Positions 35,586 through 46,075 of a stretch of DNA of 64,000 nt are shown in pieces; position 1 is the first letter of the stretch; the number at the start of each line of letters is the position of its first letter. The translations under genes and the position numbers were made by a program. The notes below the pieces were generated by a model. The model made no database searches, was not told the origin of the DNA, and saw only the letters and a list, made by a program, of their open reading frames with translations. The DNA is from an uncultured Planctomycetales bacterium (lineage in GTDB: Bacteria > Omnitrophota > Gorgyraeia > Zapsychrales > JAHFFX01), in contig CAZTCI010000003.1 in assembly GCA_964612665.1 (NCBI GenBank), forward strand, positions 336,273-400,272, read 5' to 3'.

Positions 35586-37960
35586 AGAAGCTCTCCTTTC
35601 AAAGTACCTTTTTCATCAACCGCTTCATCAAGGTCAACTTTGGTTGACTGAGAGCTATCCCGCTTGAATTTAATGGACTTGGCATTGTCCTTGATAGTTT
35701 GTATGGGATAACCAGGCAATCGTATTTCAATAACAGGTGGTTCGTCGTGCCACTGTGATTCCCAAGAAACCGTCACCGCTTCGCCTACTCCAATGGACAC
35801 AGAAATTTTTCCAAAAACCGTAAGAGTCTCTCCAAAAAATAACGATTCACCTTGCTCAAGCCACTCGGCTGGGATTCCGGAACAAAGAACAATTGTGCGT
35901 GTCGTCACTTCTTCACGAACAAACATGTTGCGGATCATCATCACCCATTCCGCGGTCGCCCAAATGTGCTGTCCGTCTCCCATACATCCCCCTTTTGTCG
36001 TCGGGTGGATCGCCTCCGGCCACTGTCCAGTGGTTGACGCTAATTTTGCGACTGCCTTAACAACATTAAAGAAACCTTGGTTACCGGCCCTTAATAATAC
36101 TTGCGCGACATGGAGTGTCAGATAAACGTTAATCCCTGAGTGGCTTATTTGGTGATAAAAGGCTTCATCGATAAAATATTCTTTTCTCAAGAAATCGACC
36201 GTCATTAAAATGCGTTTGTCACATGGGCTAAATATTTGCAACGGATAACTAGCCACTAAAGACCCGATGGCTGATGAATCCATACGGCGGTAAGGTGAAC
36301 TTGGAATAGCATACGTACGTAAACGTTTTTGCACCCGGTGCAAACTTTTTTCAATAGAATGAAATAGATGATCGGCTTCATTTTTAAAAATGTGGGCGAG
36401 CGCGGGCTTGTCTTGCTCTGCCACATCCGCCGCCGCCTGCAGGCCAGCCACTGACCAAAAATCATCCCAGTAATAAAAGTTACTCGGCCCAAAATGTTCA
36501 GCGCTGAAACCCGCCGGCATAAGTCCGGCATTAATGTCGTCGGAATAAGCGGACAAGCGTTTGCGCTGGATCCATTTGGCAGCGGCATAAATGCTTGTAC
36601 GCCACGCCGGCTTTATCTCTCGTCGAGTCATCAACCAATAACGCCGCAAAATCCAAATCGCCTGACCGTTAGAATCCCATTCACCGTCCTGAGACATAAA
36701 ATAACCCAACGGCGATTGCCGTTCAGGGAAGCGGTCTAAAATTTTCTCAAGATTCTTAAGTAATCCAACAGCCATCATCGCCTGCAAAATGAATACCGCA
36801 TCGCGAAACCAAAACCGCTTATAGGTAAACGGCCCTGGATAAACATCACCCGGCGAATGCAAAATCAAACTACGTAAAGCCGTTTCATAAAGAAACTGAA
36901 ATTCTTGGTCAGGAACTTTTAAAACACAGTGATTTTGCAAATGTTCATCCCAAGTGAATAGCGTTGGCACCTTAGTGTCCTGTAGTAACGGTACTTTAAC
37001 TTTAATTTCTTGGACTTTATTGGCGCTCAAAGGATAGATAGCGGCCGCACTTAACATACCTGCTGGACATTTGATTTCGGCAGGCTCAATGTTTCGCTCA
37101 GCATTTTTTAAAATTTGCGCATAAATGTCGTCGGAATCGTAATCTGAAAAAAAGTAACGGCTGGGTTTTTTGTTTAAAAAGACTTTGTCTTTTCCATTAA
37201 TTTCCCAACCTTCCTGCCGCGTAATACGGCGAATATGTTTTATAAGACTGATCCCCTCCGGGTTATAAGGACGAATGCAAATAACAAGCCAGGCCTGCCT
37301 AAACGCTTTGGCTTCAAAAGTGATTTCACACGTCGGAACATTGTTATCAACAATAACCCGGGCTTGGCTGATGAGACTCAAATTAGCCGATTTTAAAATT
37401 GTTGATACAGTCAACGTTTCTTTAAAGTGAACTGTTTGCTGGACTGACTTCATACGGGAAGGAATTAATTCCCGGATATTACCGATGATCCATCCGTCAA
37501 TAGACCATCCATCAAAAAAAGGCGTCACCAGCCCGCGAGGATCGACGATGGGCAGTTCCATAAAATCCGGAAGCCCAATAGCTGTCCAATTACGATAGGT
37601 CAAATTAATATGCGTCATGCTAAACGCCCGGGGAATAAACGCTTCATCCCGCGGATTGAATTGGCGTTCAACCCAGAATGGCCAAATCCAGTCGAGGTTA
37701 TGCTGAATCGCCTGGCTGTTAATGAGTCCCCTGGCTTGAAGAACCGCTCCTGAACGTAAAAGCTCCAAAGGCACCCATACTTCCGAAGGTTTAGAAAAAC
37801 CTTGCAAATGAGAAAACACAACTGTGGGATCCAAAAAACCTTCCGCTTTAGCTAAACAACGCAGAACAAAACGTAACAATGACCACTTTGTCAAATTCAT
37901 ATTTTTCCTCGCCGCAACAGAGACGCTTTTGTAAAGCGCCCCTCTCTTCCAAATAAGCAC
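35582..37960 (-). CDS. six-hairpin (alpha/alpha)6 glycoside-hydrolase-like protein (GDE_C/GH15/GH63-like)
   Basis: 792 aa. The C-terminal region has GQWPE ... GDGQHIWATAEW, typical of (alpha/alpha)6 glycosidases. Coupled to the GT4 gene by a 4-nt overlap. Confidence 0.4.
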   Translation of the reverse strand: MLIWKRGALYKSVSVAARKNMNLTKWSLLRFVLRCLAKAEGFLDPTVVFSHLQGFSKPSEVWVPLELLRSGAVLQARGLINSQAIQHNLDWIWPFWVERQFNPRDEAFIPRAFSMTHINLTYRNWTAIGLPDFMELPIVDPRGLVTPFFDGWSIDGWIIGNIRELIPSRMKSVQQTVHFKETLTVSTILKSANLSLISQARVIVDNNVPTCEITFEAKAFRQAWLVICIRPYNPEGISLIKHIRRITRQEGWEINGKDKVFLNKKPSRYFFSDYDSDDIYAQILKNAERNIEPAEIKCPAGMLSAAAIYPLSANKVQEIKVKVPLLQDTKVPTLFTWDEHLQNHCVLKVPDQEFQFLYETALRSLILHSPGDVYPGPFTYKRFWFRDAVFILQAMMAVGLLKNLEKILDRFPERQSPLGYFMSQDGEWDSNGQAIWILRRYWLMTRREIKPAWRTSIYAAAKWIQRKRLSAYSDDINAGLMPAGFSAEHFGPSNFYYWDDFWSVAGLQAAADVAEQDKPALAHIFKNEADHLFHSIEKSLHRVQKRLRTYAIPSSPYRRMDSSAIGSLVASYPLQIFSPCDKRILMTVDFLRKEYFIDEAFYHQISHSGINVYLTLHVAQVLLRAGNQGFFNVVKAVAKLASTTGQWPEAIHPTTKGGCMGDGQHIWATAEWVMMIRNMFVREEVTTRTIVLCSGIPAEWLEQGESLFFGETLTVFGKISVSIGVGEAVTVSWESQWHDEPPVIEIRLPGYPIQTIKDNAKSIKFKRDSSQSTKVDLDEAVDEKGTLKGELL

Positions 37961-37981
37961 AACTATAAAACAGGACGCTGT

Positions 37982-38149
37982 TTATACCGGCGGAACGCGT
38001 CGGCCGCATAGCAGGGAAACAACAAATAAAATCAGAAATACCACAAAAAGGACTTTGGCGATTTCAGACGCTGTACCAGCGATGCCGCCAAACCCTAAAA
38101 AAGCCGCAATAATAGCGACAATAAAGAAAGTAACAAACCAACTTAACAT
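37982..38149 (-). CDS. DUF1328 (UPF0391) small membrane protein, second paralog
   Basis: [55 protein letters not shown]. The start is at 38149, preceded by AAGGGGG. Confidence 0.7.
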   Translation of the reverse strand: MLSWFVTFFIVAIIAAFLGFGGIAGTASEIAKVLFVVFLILFVVSLLCGRRVPPV

Positions 38150-38573
38150 GATAGGCCCCCTTTTCTTTAATGGCTTAACCCTTAGCTCAAACAAAACACT
38201 CACTTAAGGCTTAAGAGATTAATTGATGGACGCTTAACCTTAATGACTTGATAAGATTACTATACGTAAAACGGATTAACGGCCTGTGAAAATAGAATTA
38301 AAAAAAATTCATGAAGTGAAAAGTTTGAGATAGAAAAGAATTTGAATGGCAGAAAAAAAGGAAGGATTCAGGATTATGCGAAGTTATAAACCCGACTTAT
38401 TATCATCAATCGGATTCTCTTTCATCTTATCCAAAATTAAATTCTTTAATGCTTCCGCGTCAGCTTTATTAAGACCAGGAATGCAGACTGTATTAGCATA
38501 AAATCCAACCACTTCGATTCGAGTTCTTTGTCGAGAACTGATATGGCTCCTTTGCAATGAAGTTATTGAAGAT

Positions 38574-41294
38574 TCACTTACTCCCATAACAACTTTTAAT
38601 ATCCTGTGCATACTTATTCCATTGGCCCAAGCTTTTATAAGCGTTTGCCCGGCCGCAATAATAGGCTGGATCATGATTAAACTCGATGGCTTTTGTAAAA
38701 TCCGCCAAAGCGGCTTGATAATTGGTCAGCGCCATATAGGTGAGTCCGCGGTTATAGTAAGCCATCGGCGGATTATAGGTCTCGCCCGGCGGTGTGACTC
38801 TTAAGGATTCATTGTAATCGGCGATGGCTTTGTCATATTGACCTAGAAGGCGAAAGGTGTTTCCTCGGTTAATAAAAGCCGTTGTGTGGCCGGGATTCAA
38901 TCGTAATGCTTCATTACAATTAGCCATGGCCCGTTCGTAATCGCCTTTATTATTCCAGGCTAGACAAAGGTTATTGTAAAAGTTTGGATGAAGATTAATT
39001 TTAATGGCCGCGTTGTACTGCGCGATCGCTTGGTCATTGTCACCCTGATCTAAATAAAAATTCCCTAAATTCTTAACCGCCATGGCATCTTGCGGATGCT
39101 GGGCGATGTATTCTTTGAAGGCCTGGATTTGTTTTCCCATGTCAGGCACATACTGATAAACATCTTTAACTGCGGTTACGTTAAAGACTTTTTCAGCCAA
39201 AACTTTTTCTCCATTTAAAATTTGAATTTTCCATTCCCCCGGTACAATTTCCCATTCATAACCAAATTCCCAACCAGCAGTGTCTTCTTTGTCGAAAGTG
39301 ACATGGCGTTCGAAATCTTCGACAGTTTTACTTTCACCGGTACTGGGCGTTATGATCGGCGGATGGATGAATCTTAATTTCAACTTCGCAAAATCTCCTT
39401 CGCCTTCACCTTTAACAGGTTTGTAGACAAACCCGAAACCAGTTTTTAGAATGGCCGGAACATCCGTCGTTTCCTCAACGCGAGAAGAATCGGCTAAAAG
39501 CAAACAAACATTAAAATGTTCGGCATCTCCCTTATCTTCAGGCGCCACGCGGCCGAAACGAGTAATCTCGACGGAGTGCACCGTGCCGGATTTTAAAATC
39601 TTAGCTGAGTTTGTTTCTGGTTTCATGTCGATCCCGTTTAATTGAATTGGAATCATCTGGGTGCCGATTTTTTGGGTGGGCATAATCATCAATTGAGCAT
39701 TGGCCAGCCATGCCTCAGTTGTTTCACCTGTTGATTTTAAGAACGATAAATCAAATTTGATCTGTTTAAATTTTGGAAAGACTTTTAAATGGGCACCATA
39801 AAACTTATCCATTATATGATTAGGATCATAAACAGCTGGTTCGGAAAGCAGAATTTCATTACGCCGGCTATTCCATAAGCCAAATATTGATATTTGTGGA
39901 TCCATGATAAAAAAATAATGTTTTTGATCCAGGTCGGGTTGTGTCGGATCAAATAATAAACGTAATTCTTTCACACCAAGATCAACGGTTAATATCTTAT
40001 TTTTTTGAGAGCTACCAATGATATCCCAACTCTGGTTATTCATCGTCAATCGTTCTCTTTTGTAGAAAGAAAGCATTTGGGGTAAACCGAGCTGATAAAT
40101 TTCTGCTTGTCCACGAGAGGAATAATCAATCTTGCTTTCTGATATCTGCGCTAATTGATCATGATCAAGGATAAAAAGATTATGATTATGTATCTTTTGA
40201 GGATACGGATTTAAGATATTTTTGCCCTCGAGAATATAAGAAATAGCTTTTGTCAACCCAGCGGATACACTACGGCGAAATCCAGAAACCTCCTCAATCA
40301 CATCCATACTCATAAAAGGCAAATTTATATCTGTTGATGAGATAGTTTCCTTGTTCGGTAAAGCAATCTTAGGGGAAAGAATGTCAAGCAAAAAACCAAA
40401 CTGGCCTGGATTAAGATTAATTAACGAAACAGGAGCATTGAGCGTTAAATAATCTTTAACATATTTTGCGACTCTAATATTTTTTTGATCAATATTAATT
40501 TGAAGATTAGAGAACTGTGGCGCACTTATCGTTGTTCCTGGAAAAACATTCAAGTTCCATTTATAAAAAAGTAAACAACCCAGAAAAATACCGACGATAA
40601 GCCAACGCAATGTGCGTGCCTGGTAACGCGTCATAAACTGATGAATAATTAAACCCGTTCCCCATAGAATTTTGAAGATATCAACAACAATCCTTTTAGA
40701 AGAAATCAATTCCATCTTAAAAGTTGCAGGAAGAGCAAATTTGGCAATAAGCGAAACGGCATAAAAAATAATTCCGGCGAGTATGCTGATTACGAAATAA
40801 ACAAACATAACAATGATGTAATTGCGTAACGATGACGTTAAAGAAGCAATCAACATCAAGAATACAATAATCGGCAGACCTTCCTGCAATGTTTGCAGAA
40901 CCAACCATCCTTGGTAATGAGCTGCAAAACCATCAAAACTAAGGACCATCGTTTCCATGATCAATGGGAGAATAACCAAGAACAACAAAATAAAAACGAC
41001 TTTTGTAATAAGCAGAGCTGAACGGCGGATCGGGCGAGTCAACCAAAACGCATTGGGATCGCCCAAAGGTTCTTCTTGAATGACAAGGGGAATTAAAATA
41101 AGTTTAACAATGAATTGAAGAATTAAAACAGCTTGTAAGGAAAGCAGAAAATAAGTATGAATCGAGTAAACTTGAATCCATGGAAGCCTCAAGCCCTCTA
41201 AAATCAACTGAGCGACGATTAGCACAAACCAAAAAAACAAAATAAACCGGAACCGACGACAATCTTTAAAGAAAATGTACGAAAGAAATGGCAT
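38574..41294 (-). CDS. ABC-2-type permease fused to a large extracytoplasmic domain and C-terminal TPR repeats
   Basis: 906 aa. The N-terminal ~260 aa has 6 TM helices (ABC-2 permease-like), then a ~450-aa soluble region, then 4-5 TPR repeats (AVKNLGNFYLDQGDNDQAIAQYNAAIKIN ...). Confidence 0.6.
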   Translation of the reverse strand: MPFLSYIFFKDCRRFRFILFFWFVLIVAQLILEGLRLPWIQVYSIHTYFLLSLQAVLILQFIVKLILIPLVIQEEPLGDPNAFWLTRPIRRSALLITKVVFILLFLVILPLIMETMVLSFDGFAAHYQGWLVLQTLQEGLPIIVFLMLIASLTSSLRNYIIVMFVYFVISILAGIIFYAVSLIAKFALPATFKMELISSKRIVVDIFKILWGTGLIIHQFMTRYQARTLRWLIVGIFLGCLLFYKWNLNVFPGTTISAPQFSNLQINIDQKNIRVAKYVKDYLTLNAPVSLINLNPGQFGFLLDILSPKIALPNKETISSTDINLPFMSMDVIEEVSGFRRSVSAGLTKAISYILEGKNILNPYPQKIHNHNLFILDHDQLAQISESKIDYSSRGQAEIYQLGLPQMLSFYKRERLTMNNQSWDIIGSSQKNKILTVDLGVKELRLLFDPTQPDLDQKHYFFIMDPQISIFGLWNSRRNEILLSEPAVYDPNHIMDKFYGAHLKVFPKFKQIKFDLSFLKSTGETTEAWLANAQLMIMPTQKIGTQMIPIQLNGIDMKPETNSAKILKSGTVHSVEITRFGRVAPEDKGDAEHFNVCLLLADSSRVEETTDVPAILKTGFGFVYKPVKGEGEGDFAKLKLRFIHPPIITPSTGESKTVEDFERHVTFDKEDTAGWEFGYEWEIVPGEWKIQILNGEKVLAEKVFNVTAVKDVYQYVPDMGKQIQAFKEYIAQHPQDAMAVKNLGNFYLDQGDNDQAIAQYNAAIKINLHPNFYNNLCLAWNNKGDYERAMANCNEALRLNPGHTTAFINRGNTFRLLGQYDKAIADYNESLRVTPPGETYNPPMAYYNRGLTYMALTNYQAALADFTKAIEFNHDPAYYCGRANAYKSLGQWNKYAQDIKSCYGSK

Positions 41295-41315
41295 TATTCG
41301 CTCCTTTTGAGTTAA

Positions 41316-42221
41316 CTAAAGATTCTCCATTTTAAAATGCCTGACCAGCGCCAAGAAAATTTCCTTGAGCGTCAAAGTCCTTATTTGCACGATTGTTGAT
41401 CCCGGCAACGTATTGGCGATGTCACCTTCGCTCTGTCCTTCCTTATACTGGCTCTCAACAAAACGCGCTTGGCTTCCAATTTTTTGAAAAGATAACCACG
41501 ATGCGGGCAGATGGGTTGTTTCTCGATTCGGTTTAAGCGTCACTTCAATTTCACGAAAACGGTTTAAAAGCGAATCGATGTCTTCCGATAACTTAAGCTC
41601 GCCATGATCGATGATCGCAACGGCATCAGCCAGCCGTTCAACTTCCTCGAGATCATGGGAAGAGATAAAAATCGTCCAGGATTGAGACGCCGTCAGCTCA
41701 AGAATGCCGGTAATGAGTTCTTCTCTCACGACGGGATCGAGTCCTGAAAAAGGTTCATCTAAAATAAGAAGTTCAGGATGATACGCCAATGAAGCAACTA
41801 AGGCAAGTTTCATCCGCATGCCGCGCGATAGATCTTTAATTTTATTTTTAAGAGGCACTTCGAATTGCTTAAGGAGAGTTTGACAGAAATTGTTGTCCCA
41901 ACGCGGATACATTTTGGAACAGTAAGTTAAAAAATATTCAACGGACATCCAGTCTGGCAGCTGTTGATTTTCGGACACATAACCGATGCGCAAAAATTCT
42001 TCAGCGCTTAATTGTTTCGTGTTCTTTCCCAATATCCAGGCATTGCCTGCGGAAGGTGGCCAAATATTCATGAGCGTTTTAATAGTAGTTGTTTTGCCAG
42101 CGCCATTGGGGCCTAGAAAAGCGAAGATCGTACCGGCGGGGACTTCAAAAGAAAGATCATTCACGGCCTTTTGCCCTTTAAACTGTTTGGTGAGATGCTC
42201 TACTTTGATTACTGAATTCAT
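41316..42221 (-). CDS. ABC transporter ATP-binding protein
   Basis: Walker A GPNGAGKTT, signature LSRGMRMKL, and Walker B LLILDEP. ATGA overlap with the GntR gene. Confidence 0.9.
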   Translation of the reverse strand: MNSVIKVEHLTKQFKGQKAVNDLSFEVPAGTIFAFLGPNGAGKTTTIKTLMNIWPPSAGNAWILGKNTKQLSAEEFLRIGYVSENQQLPDWMSVEYFLTYCSKMYPRWDNNFCQTLLKQFEVPLKNKIKDLSRGMRMKLALVASLAYHPELLILDEPFSGLDPVVREELITGILELTASQSWTIFISSHDLEEVERLADAVAIIDHGELKLSEDIDSLLNRFREIEVTLKPNRETTHLPASWLSFQKIGSQARFVESQYKEGQSEGDIANTLPGSTIVQIRTLTLKEIFLALVRHFKMENL

Positions 42222-42607
42222 TTTTTGTCCTCGCTAGTTAATTCCCAATGTTTTTGAATGGATTCTAAAAGTTCTTTCTTTTTAATGCCGAGGCGTTTTG
42301 CTTCAACGACGAGCGATTCAACCGTTGTTTGAAGAATTTTCTGACGCTGTTCATCGGTTGCTTCTGGAATTCCGGTTACGACACTTCCGATACCTGGTTT
42401 AATTTCAAGCAACCGCGATTGCACTAACTGAGCAACAATTTTCTGCGCGGTGTTTGGATTAATTTTAAGTTCCCGGCTTAGTTCTCTGACTGACGGAAAC
42501 ATATCACCGGGTTTTAACTGTCCAGAAATAATAGCCTTTTTAACCGCAAAAACCACCTGCTCATATATAGGAAGTCCAGCTTTAATTGCAACCGGGAATC
42601 TTAACAT
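42218..42607 (-). CDS. GntR-family transcriptional regulator, YtrA subfamily (short C-terminal domain)
   Basis: 129 aa with winged HTH (FPSVRELSRELKINPNTAQKIVAQL) and a short effector domain, typical of YtrA regulators of ABC operons. Confidence 0.8.
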   Translation of the reverse strand: MLRFPVAIKAGLPIYEQVVFAVKKAIISGQLKPGDMFPSVRELSRELKINPNTAQKIVAQLVQSRLLEIKPGIGSVVTGIPEATDEQRQKILQTTVESLVVEAKRLGIKKKELLESIQKHWELTSEDKK

Positions 42608-42820
42608 AGGTACCTTCTGACCTTTAGCCTTGTGAAATAAATTTTGTCAAAAACCAGGTTGAAGTCATGGCAAAGGTCTGTAAATGAACAGTTAGTTAAT
42701 AAACAATCTTAGGTGCTCCACGTGTAATGTGGAACATAGTACACCTCAAAAAGTCAAGGTCACCTAGTCTTTTATGAAAAAAAATGAATTGATTAGAAAT
42801 GCTTGAAAGGCAGGAATAAA

Positions 42821-42862
42821 AAAAGCCTCAAGCGCTTTACTAAAGCGCCCAAGGCTTTTTTG
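42821..42862. terminator. bidirectional intrinsic terminator (GCGCTTTAc/TAAAGCGC core stem flanked by AGCCT/AGGCT, with U-tracts on both strands)
   Basis: Located downstream of the His-rich paralog A. Confidence 0.55.
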
Positions 42863-42888
42863 TTACACGAGTTTTAAAACTATATTAT

Positions 42889-43626
42889 TTATCCTCCATA
42901 CATCACCTGAAGCTGCTGCACCGACGGAAATTCAGTATAAAATTCTCCCTGCGGTCCGATATACCCTTGATTGGATTTCTTAAGCGTAATAGAGGTATAA
43001 CCTCCATAGCGATTGGGAACATTAACGGCAAAAGAATCGCTCAAAGCGACCACATTAGCTGAACCATTTGCCGGCGCCGATGCAAGAACGGATGATCCAG
43101 TAAGCGGTTCAGGAACAACTTCATAACCCATCAGCGTATAACGATAATAAACATCGTTATAATAGTAATAAGGCTGGCCGTCGACTAAAAATGTTTGATA
43201 GCCAGAAGGCAGTGAAACAACAATCGCTCCCACTGGCGGCTCAACAGCCACGTATCCGCCGAAATCATGCTTGTAAAACATCCCACCAGAAAAATAATAG
43301 TGCCCGTTCCCAAAAGAAAACGATATAAAATTATGCGGCAGATAATGGTAGTGCTCACCTACCCGATAGTACGACGGATTATGGTGCCAATAACCATGCC
43401 GTTCACGCCAGTCTTGGCTTTCTTTATGCCAATTTCTATGCCAATAGTGGTCATTACCAAATGTTTTGCCGCGATTGTCATGATCAAAATCCGACCGTTG
43501 CCCAAATCTTCTTTGGTCCCAATCCCCTCGGTCCCAATCTGCATGGGCCTTTCCTGCAAAAACAGTAAGAAACAAACTTAACCCTGCCAAAACAAAAAAT
43601 TTTTTAATACTAGCACCAGCTAACAT
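42889..43626 (-). CDS. secreted His/Trp/Tyr-rich protein, paralog A
   Basis: Signal peptide, then a His-rich stretch (HDNRGKTFGNDHYWHRNWHKESQDWRERHGYWHHNPSYY...HYHYLPHNF). The conserved C-terminal domain is shared with paralog B (…PQGEFYTEFPSVQQLQVMYGG). The start is at 43626, preceded by AAGGAGG. Confidence 0.6.
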   Translation of the reverse strand: MLAGASIKKFFVLAGLSLFLTVFAGKAHADWDRGDWDQRRFGQRSDFDHDNRGKTFGNDHYWHRNWHKESQDWRERHGYWHHNPSYYRVGEHYHYLPHNFISFSFGNGHYYFSGGMFYKHDFGGYVAVEPPVGAIVVSLPSGYQTFLVDGQPYYYYNDVYYRYTLMGYEVVPEPLTGSSVLASAPANGSANVVALSDSFAVNVPNRYGGYTSITLKKSNQGYIGPQGEFYTEFPSVQQLQVMYGG

Positions 43627-43739
43627 AGCGCCCTCCTTTTCCACTGACGTTTGATAATTCTCGTCAGTATTCAGTATGTTGAATAAATTTTTAAAATGGG
43701 TAATTTCCGATTGGCGCAAATTAGACAAAGGTCAAAATA

Positions 43740-43901
43740 TCAAAGTTCCCTCACATTTTTGATTACTTTTTCCTGGATAAACGTTTGGGACTCCTTTGGT
43801 TTCATTGGTTTTGTACAACATTCCTCTGGCCCGTCGGCGATAGCCCCACAATTGTCACATTCGTATTGAACTTCACTTTTATTTCTTAATGAAGGTTTCA
43901 T
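43740..43901 (-). CDS. small Cys-rich protein
   Basis: 53-aa ORF not in the track: MKPSLRNKSEVQYECDNCGAIADGPEECCTKPMKPKESQTFIQEKVIKNVREL. An AGGAG SD lies 8 nt upstream, and it sits between the two His-rich paralogs. Confidence 0.4.
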   Translation of the reverse strand: MKPSLRNKSEVQYECDNCGAIADGPEECCTKPMKPKESQTFIQEKVIKNVREL

Positions 43902-43987
43902 AATTATCTCCTGCGAAGTTAATTAAATTTGCATCTGGACTATTCTAAAGAGACGAAGATGAAAGAAGCATTAAAATAAAATTAAAA

Positions 43988-44503
43988 TTATGGACTTGAT
44001 TCTGTACGCGGCAGAAAGACGATAAGTTCGCCTTGGAAAGTGATTAAGGTATCGCTATAAGGAACATAGCGGGTAGGGTAATACTCGGGAGCATAGACTG
44101 TTCCAACGCCATAGTGATGATGATACCGGCCATAATAACCCCCGCCGATAAAAACGGGACGGTAATTAACATGTCCGGGAATCATATAAAGGCCGCCGTA
44201 ATTAACGGTTTCTGTTTTGCTATTAATAATCGCATCAGCACCTTTTTGCCGGGCAATTACTTTCGCTTTATCCATAAGTTTGTCGGCAGTCAACCCATCA
44301 CTGACATTTCCGGAAACATCGATTCTTCCAATCACTACATACGGTTCTGATGACGGAGGCATTTTTGAATCAGGATAAATGGTGACAAAATAATATTTCG
44401 GTTTGGGCGGAAACTTTTGAGCCGTATAACTCACATAGTTAACTTGCGTGGCGCAGTCTGCACATACTATTAATCCTAAAAGCAGAAAGAATATTCTTTT
44501 CAT
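43988..44503 (-). CDS. Tyr/His-rich lipoprotein
   Basis: Start at MKRIFFLLLGLIVCADC (SD AGGAG) with a C-terminal GGGYYGRYHHHYGVGTVYAPEYY stretch. Confidence 0.5.
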   Translation of the reverse strand: MKRIFFLLLGLIVCADCATQVNYVSYTAQKFPPKPKYYFVTIYPDSKMPPSSEPYVVIGRIDVSGNVSDGLTADKLMDKAKVIARQKGADAIINSKTETVNYGGLYMIPGHVNYRPVFIGGGYYGRYHHHYGVGTVYAPEYYPTRYVPYSDTLITFQGELIVFLPRTESSP

Positions 44504-44533
44504 AGTAAATCTCCTAATACACATCGCTAGACG

Positions 44534-45226
44534 TTATTTGGCATACATTACTTTCAGCTGTGAAACTTTAGGAAAGTCGTCATAAAATTCACCTTGCGGC
44601 CCAACGAACCCTTTGCCGGAACGTTTAATGGTAACCGCTGTGTAACCACCTTTATCGTTAGGAATATTAATAATAAAAGAGTCAGGTGTATCTGCCGTCG
44701 CTGGCGTTGCCATTACTTGAGTCGTTGGCGTTGTTGAATTCGTTGATTCTATTTGAGCTGAAGTTGGCGCCGCTTGGCTTGAAATTTGATTTATAACCAC
44801 TGGAGCACTTTGAACCATGGCAACAGGCTGAGGCACGACTTGGTAACCATAAGGAGTGTAGACATAGTAAACGCCGTTATCTGTGTAATAAGTTGTTCCA
44901 TTAATTATAACTGGAGTATAAACGGTTGGAATGACGGCCACGGTCGCACCAATCGGTGGAGCCACAATGACATAATCGTCGTGAAATCTTGAATAATATA
45001 ATCCGTCATAATAAGAATAATTTCTCCCGCCACCTAAGGAAATACTGAAGGCTGCATCAGGAATAAAAGAAACATGCAAACCAAAATGAGGATGATCATG
45101 ATAGCCGTAGTAGTGATGATCAAAATGACCGTGGTCTCTCCAAGCAGCATACGAAATTTTAGGCTGGAATAAAAAAAGCGCTGACAAAATAATCACTGAT
45201 GTTTTCATCATGGTTTTATACTGCAT
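44534..45226 (-). CDS. secreted His/Tyr-rich protein, paralog B
   Basis: HGHFDHHYYGYHDHPHFGLH, with a C-terminal domain homologous to paralog A (…PQGEFYDDFPKVSQLKVMYAK). The start is at MQYKT (45226), preceded by AAGGAG. Confidence 0.6.
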   Translation of the reverse strand: MQYKTMMKTSVIILSALFLFQPKISYAAWRDHGHFDHHYYGYHDHPHFGLHVSFIPDAAFSISLGGGRNYSYYDGLYYSRFHDDYVIVAPPIGATVAVIPTVYTPVIINGTTYYTDNGVYYVYTPYGYQVVPQPVAMVQSAPVVINQISSQAAPTSAQIESTNSTTPTTQVMATPATADTPDSFIINIPNDKGGYTAVTIKRSGKGFVGPQGEFYDDFPKVSQLKVMYAK

Positions 45227-45273
45227 AAAAATCTCCTTTGAAAAAATTAATTTAAGCAATTTGAAGTTTGAGA

Positions 45274-45714
45274 TTAAGAAGAAGCCTTCATCGCTTCAAT
45301 GACCCGTTCACTGACATTATGATTACGCAGATAGTTAATGTCATCCGGAGTTAAATTATAGCTAGAATGTGTTTGTTTGATTCTTGAAATGATTTCATCG
45401 CTGGTCAACCCTTGTTCGCTCCAATCAGCGATCTGTTGCATGGTCACTTGGGAAATTGGAGCATTATTCTGAACGTTGTCCGGTTTTTCAACTTGTGAGC
45501 CGATAAGTGCACCCGTCGCTGCACCCAGTGCACCGCCGACCAAAAGATCTTTTACATCATGATGATACTGGTGGCCAATGATCCCGCCCGCCGTTGCACC
45601 AATTAATCCACCAATCCCGGCGCCTTCAGCCACTCTCGTTTTATTTTCCGCACAACCGTTTAAGACTGACATAGTAAAAAGCCCACCGACAAGATAGATA
45701 GCTGTTTTTTTCAT
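45274..45714 (-). CDS. glycine-zipper outer-membrane-type lipoprotein
   Basis: Lipobox LNGCAE, then GAGIGGLIGATAGGIIG ... GGALGAATGALIG glycine-zipper repeats. Confidence 0.55.
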   Translation of the reverse strand: MKKTAIYLVGGLFTMSVLNGCAENKTRVAEGAGIGGLIGATAGGIIGHQYHHDVKDLLVGGALGAATGALIGSQVEKPDNVQNNAPISQVTMQQIADWSEQGLTSDEIISRIKQTHSSYNLTPDDINYLRNHNVSERVIEAMKASS

Positions 45715-45748
45715 ACAATCCTTTCTTTAAAGAACAAAATTCCAATGA

Positions 45749-46075
45749 TTAATTATATTGATACGAATGTCCAAGGACGTTAGAAGATTTTTTATCTCTT
45801 TGACACTTTCTTGGGCAATGGTGTTTAGAATGACGGTGGGGCCAAGAGCAAACGCTGGAATTCTGTTGAAAAGCAAGAGATTGAATTTTTGAATTCGACT
45901 GATCGGAGGGTCCGAATCTTCCCTGCCGTTGATTTGGTATTGATTCATTTTGAAAGGAAGGTGCAGCTTTATGAAAGTTATCACTGACATAAATATCTGC
46001 GCGGACAGAAGCAACAGCAATCAAATTGACCGCTGTTAAAAATAAAAATGCCGCTATTTTATTTTTTGTTGTCAT
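45749..46075 (-). CDS. secreted protein with Cys/His-rich C-terminus
   Basis: Start MTTKNKIAAFLFLTAVNLIAVASVRA (signal peptide, SD AAGGAG). The C-terminus is CSWPHRHSKHHCPRKCQRDKK. Confidence 0.4.
   Translation of the reverse strand: MTTKNKIAAFLFLTAVNLIAVASVRADIYVSDNFHKAAPSFQNESIPNQRQGRFGPSDQSNSKIQSLAFQQNSSVCSWPHRHSKHHCPRKCQRDKKSSNVLGHSYQYN

Noticed and set aside
38384-38674. 96-aa minus-strand ORF overlapping the 3' end of the 906-aa permease gene
   Set aside because: The first 100 nt overlap the well-supported TPR C-terminus in another frame. A shorter internal start (MGVSESS..., about 65 aa) cannot be excluded, but there is no SD or recognisable motif.
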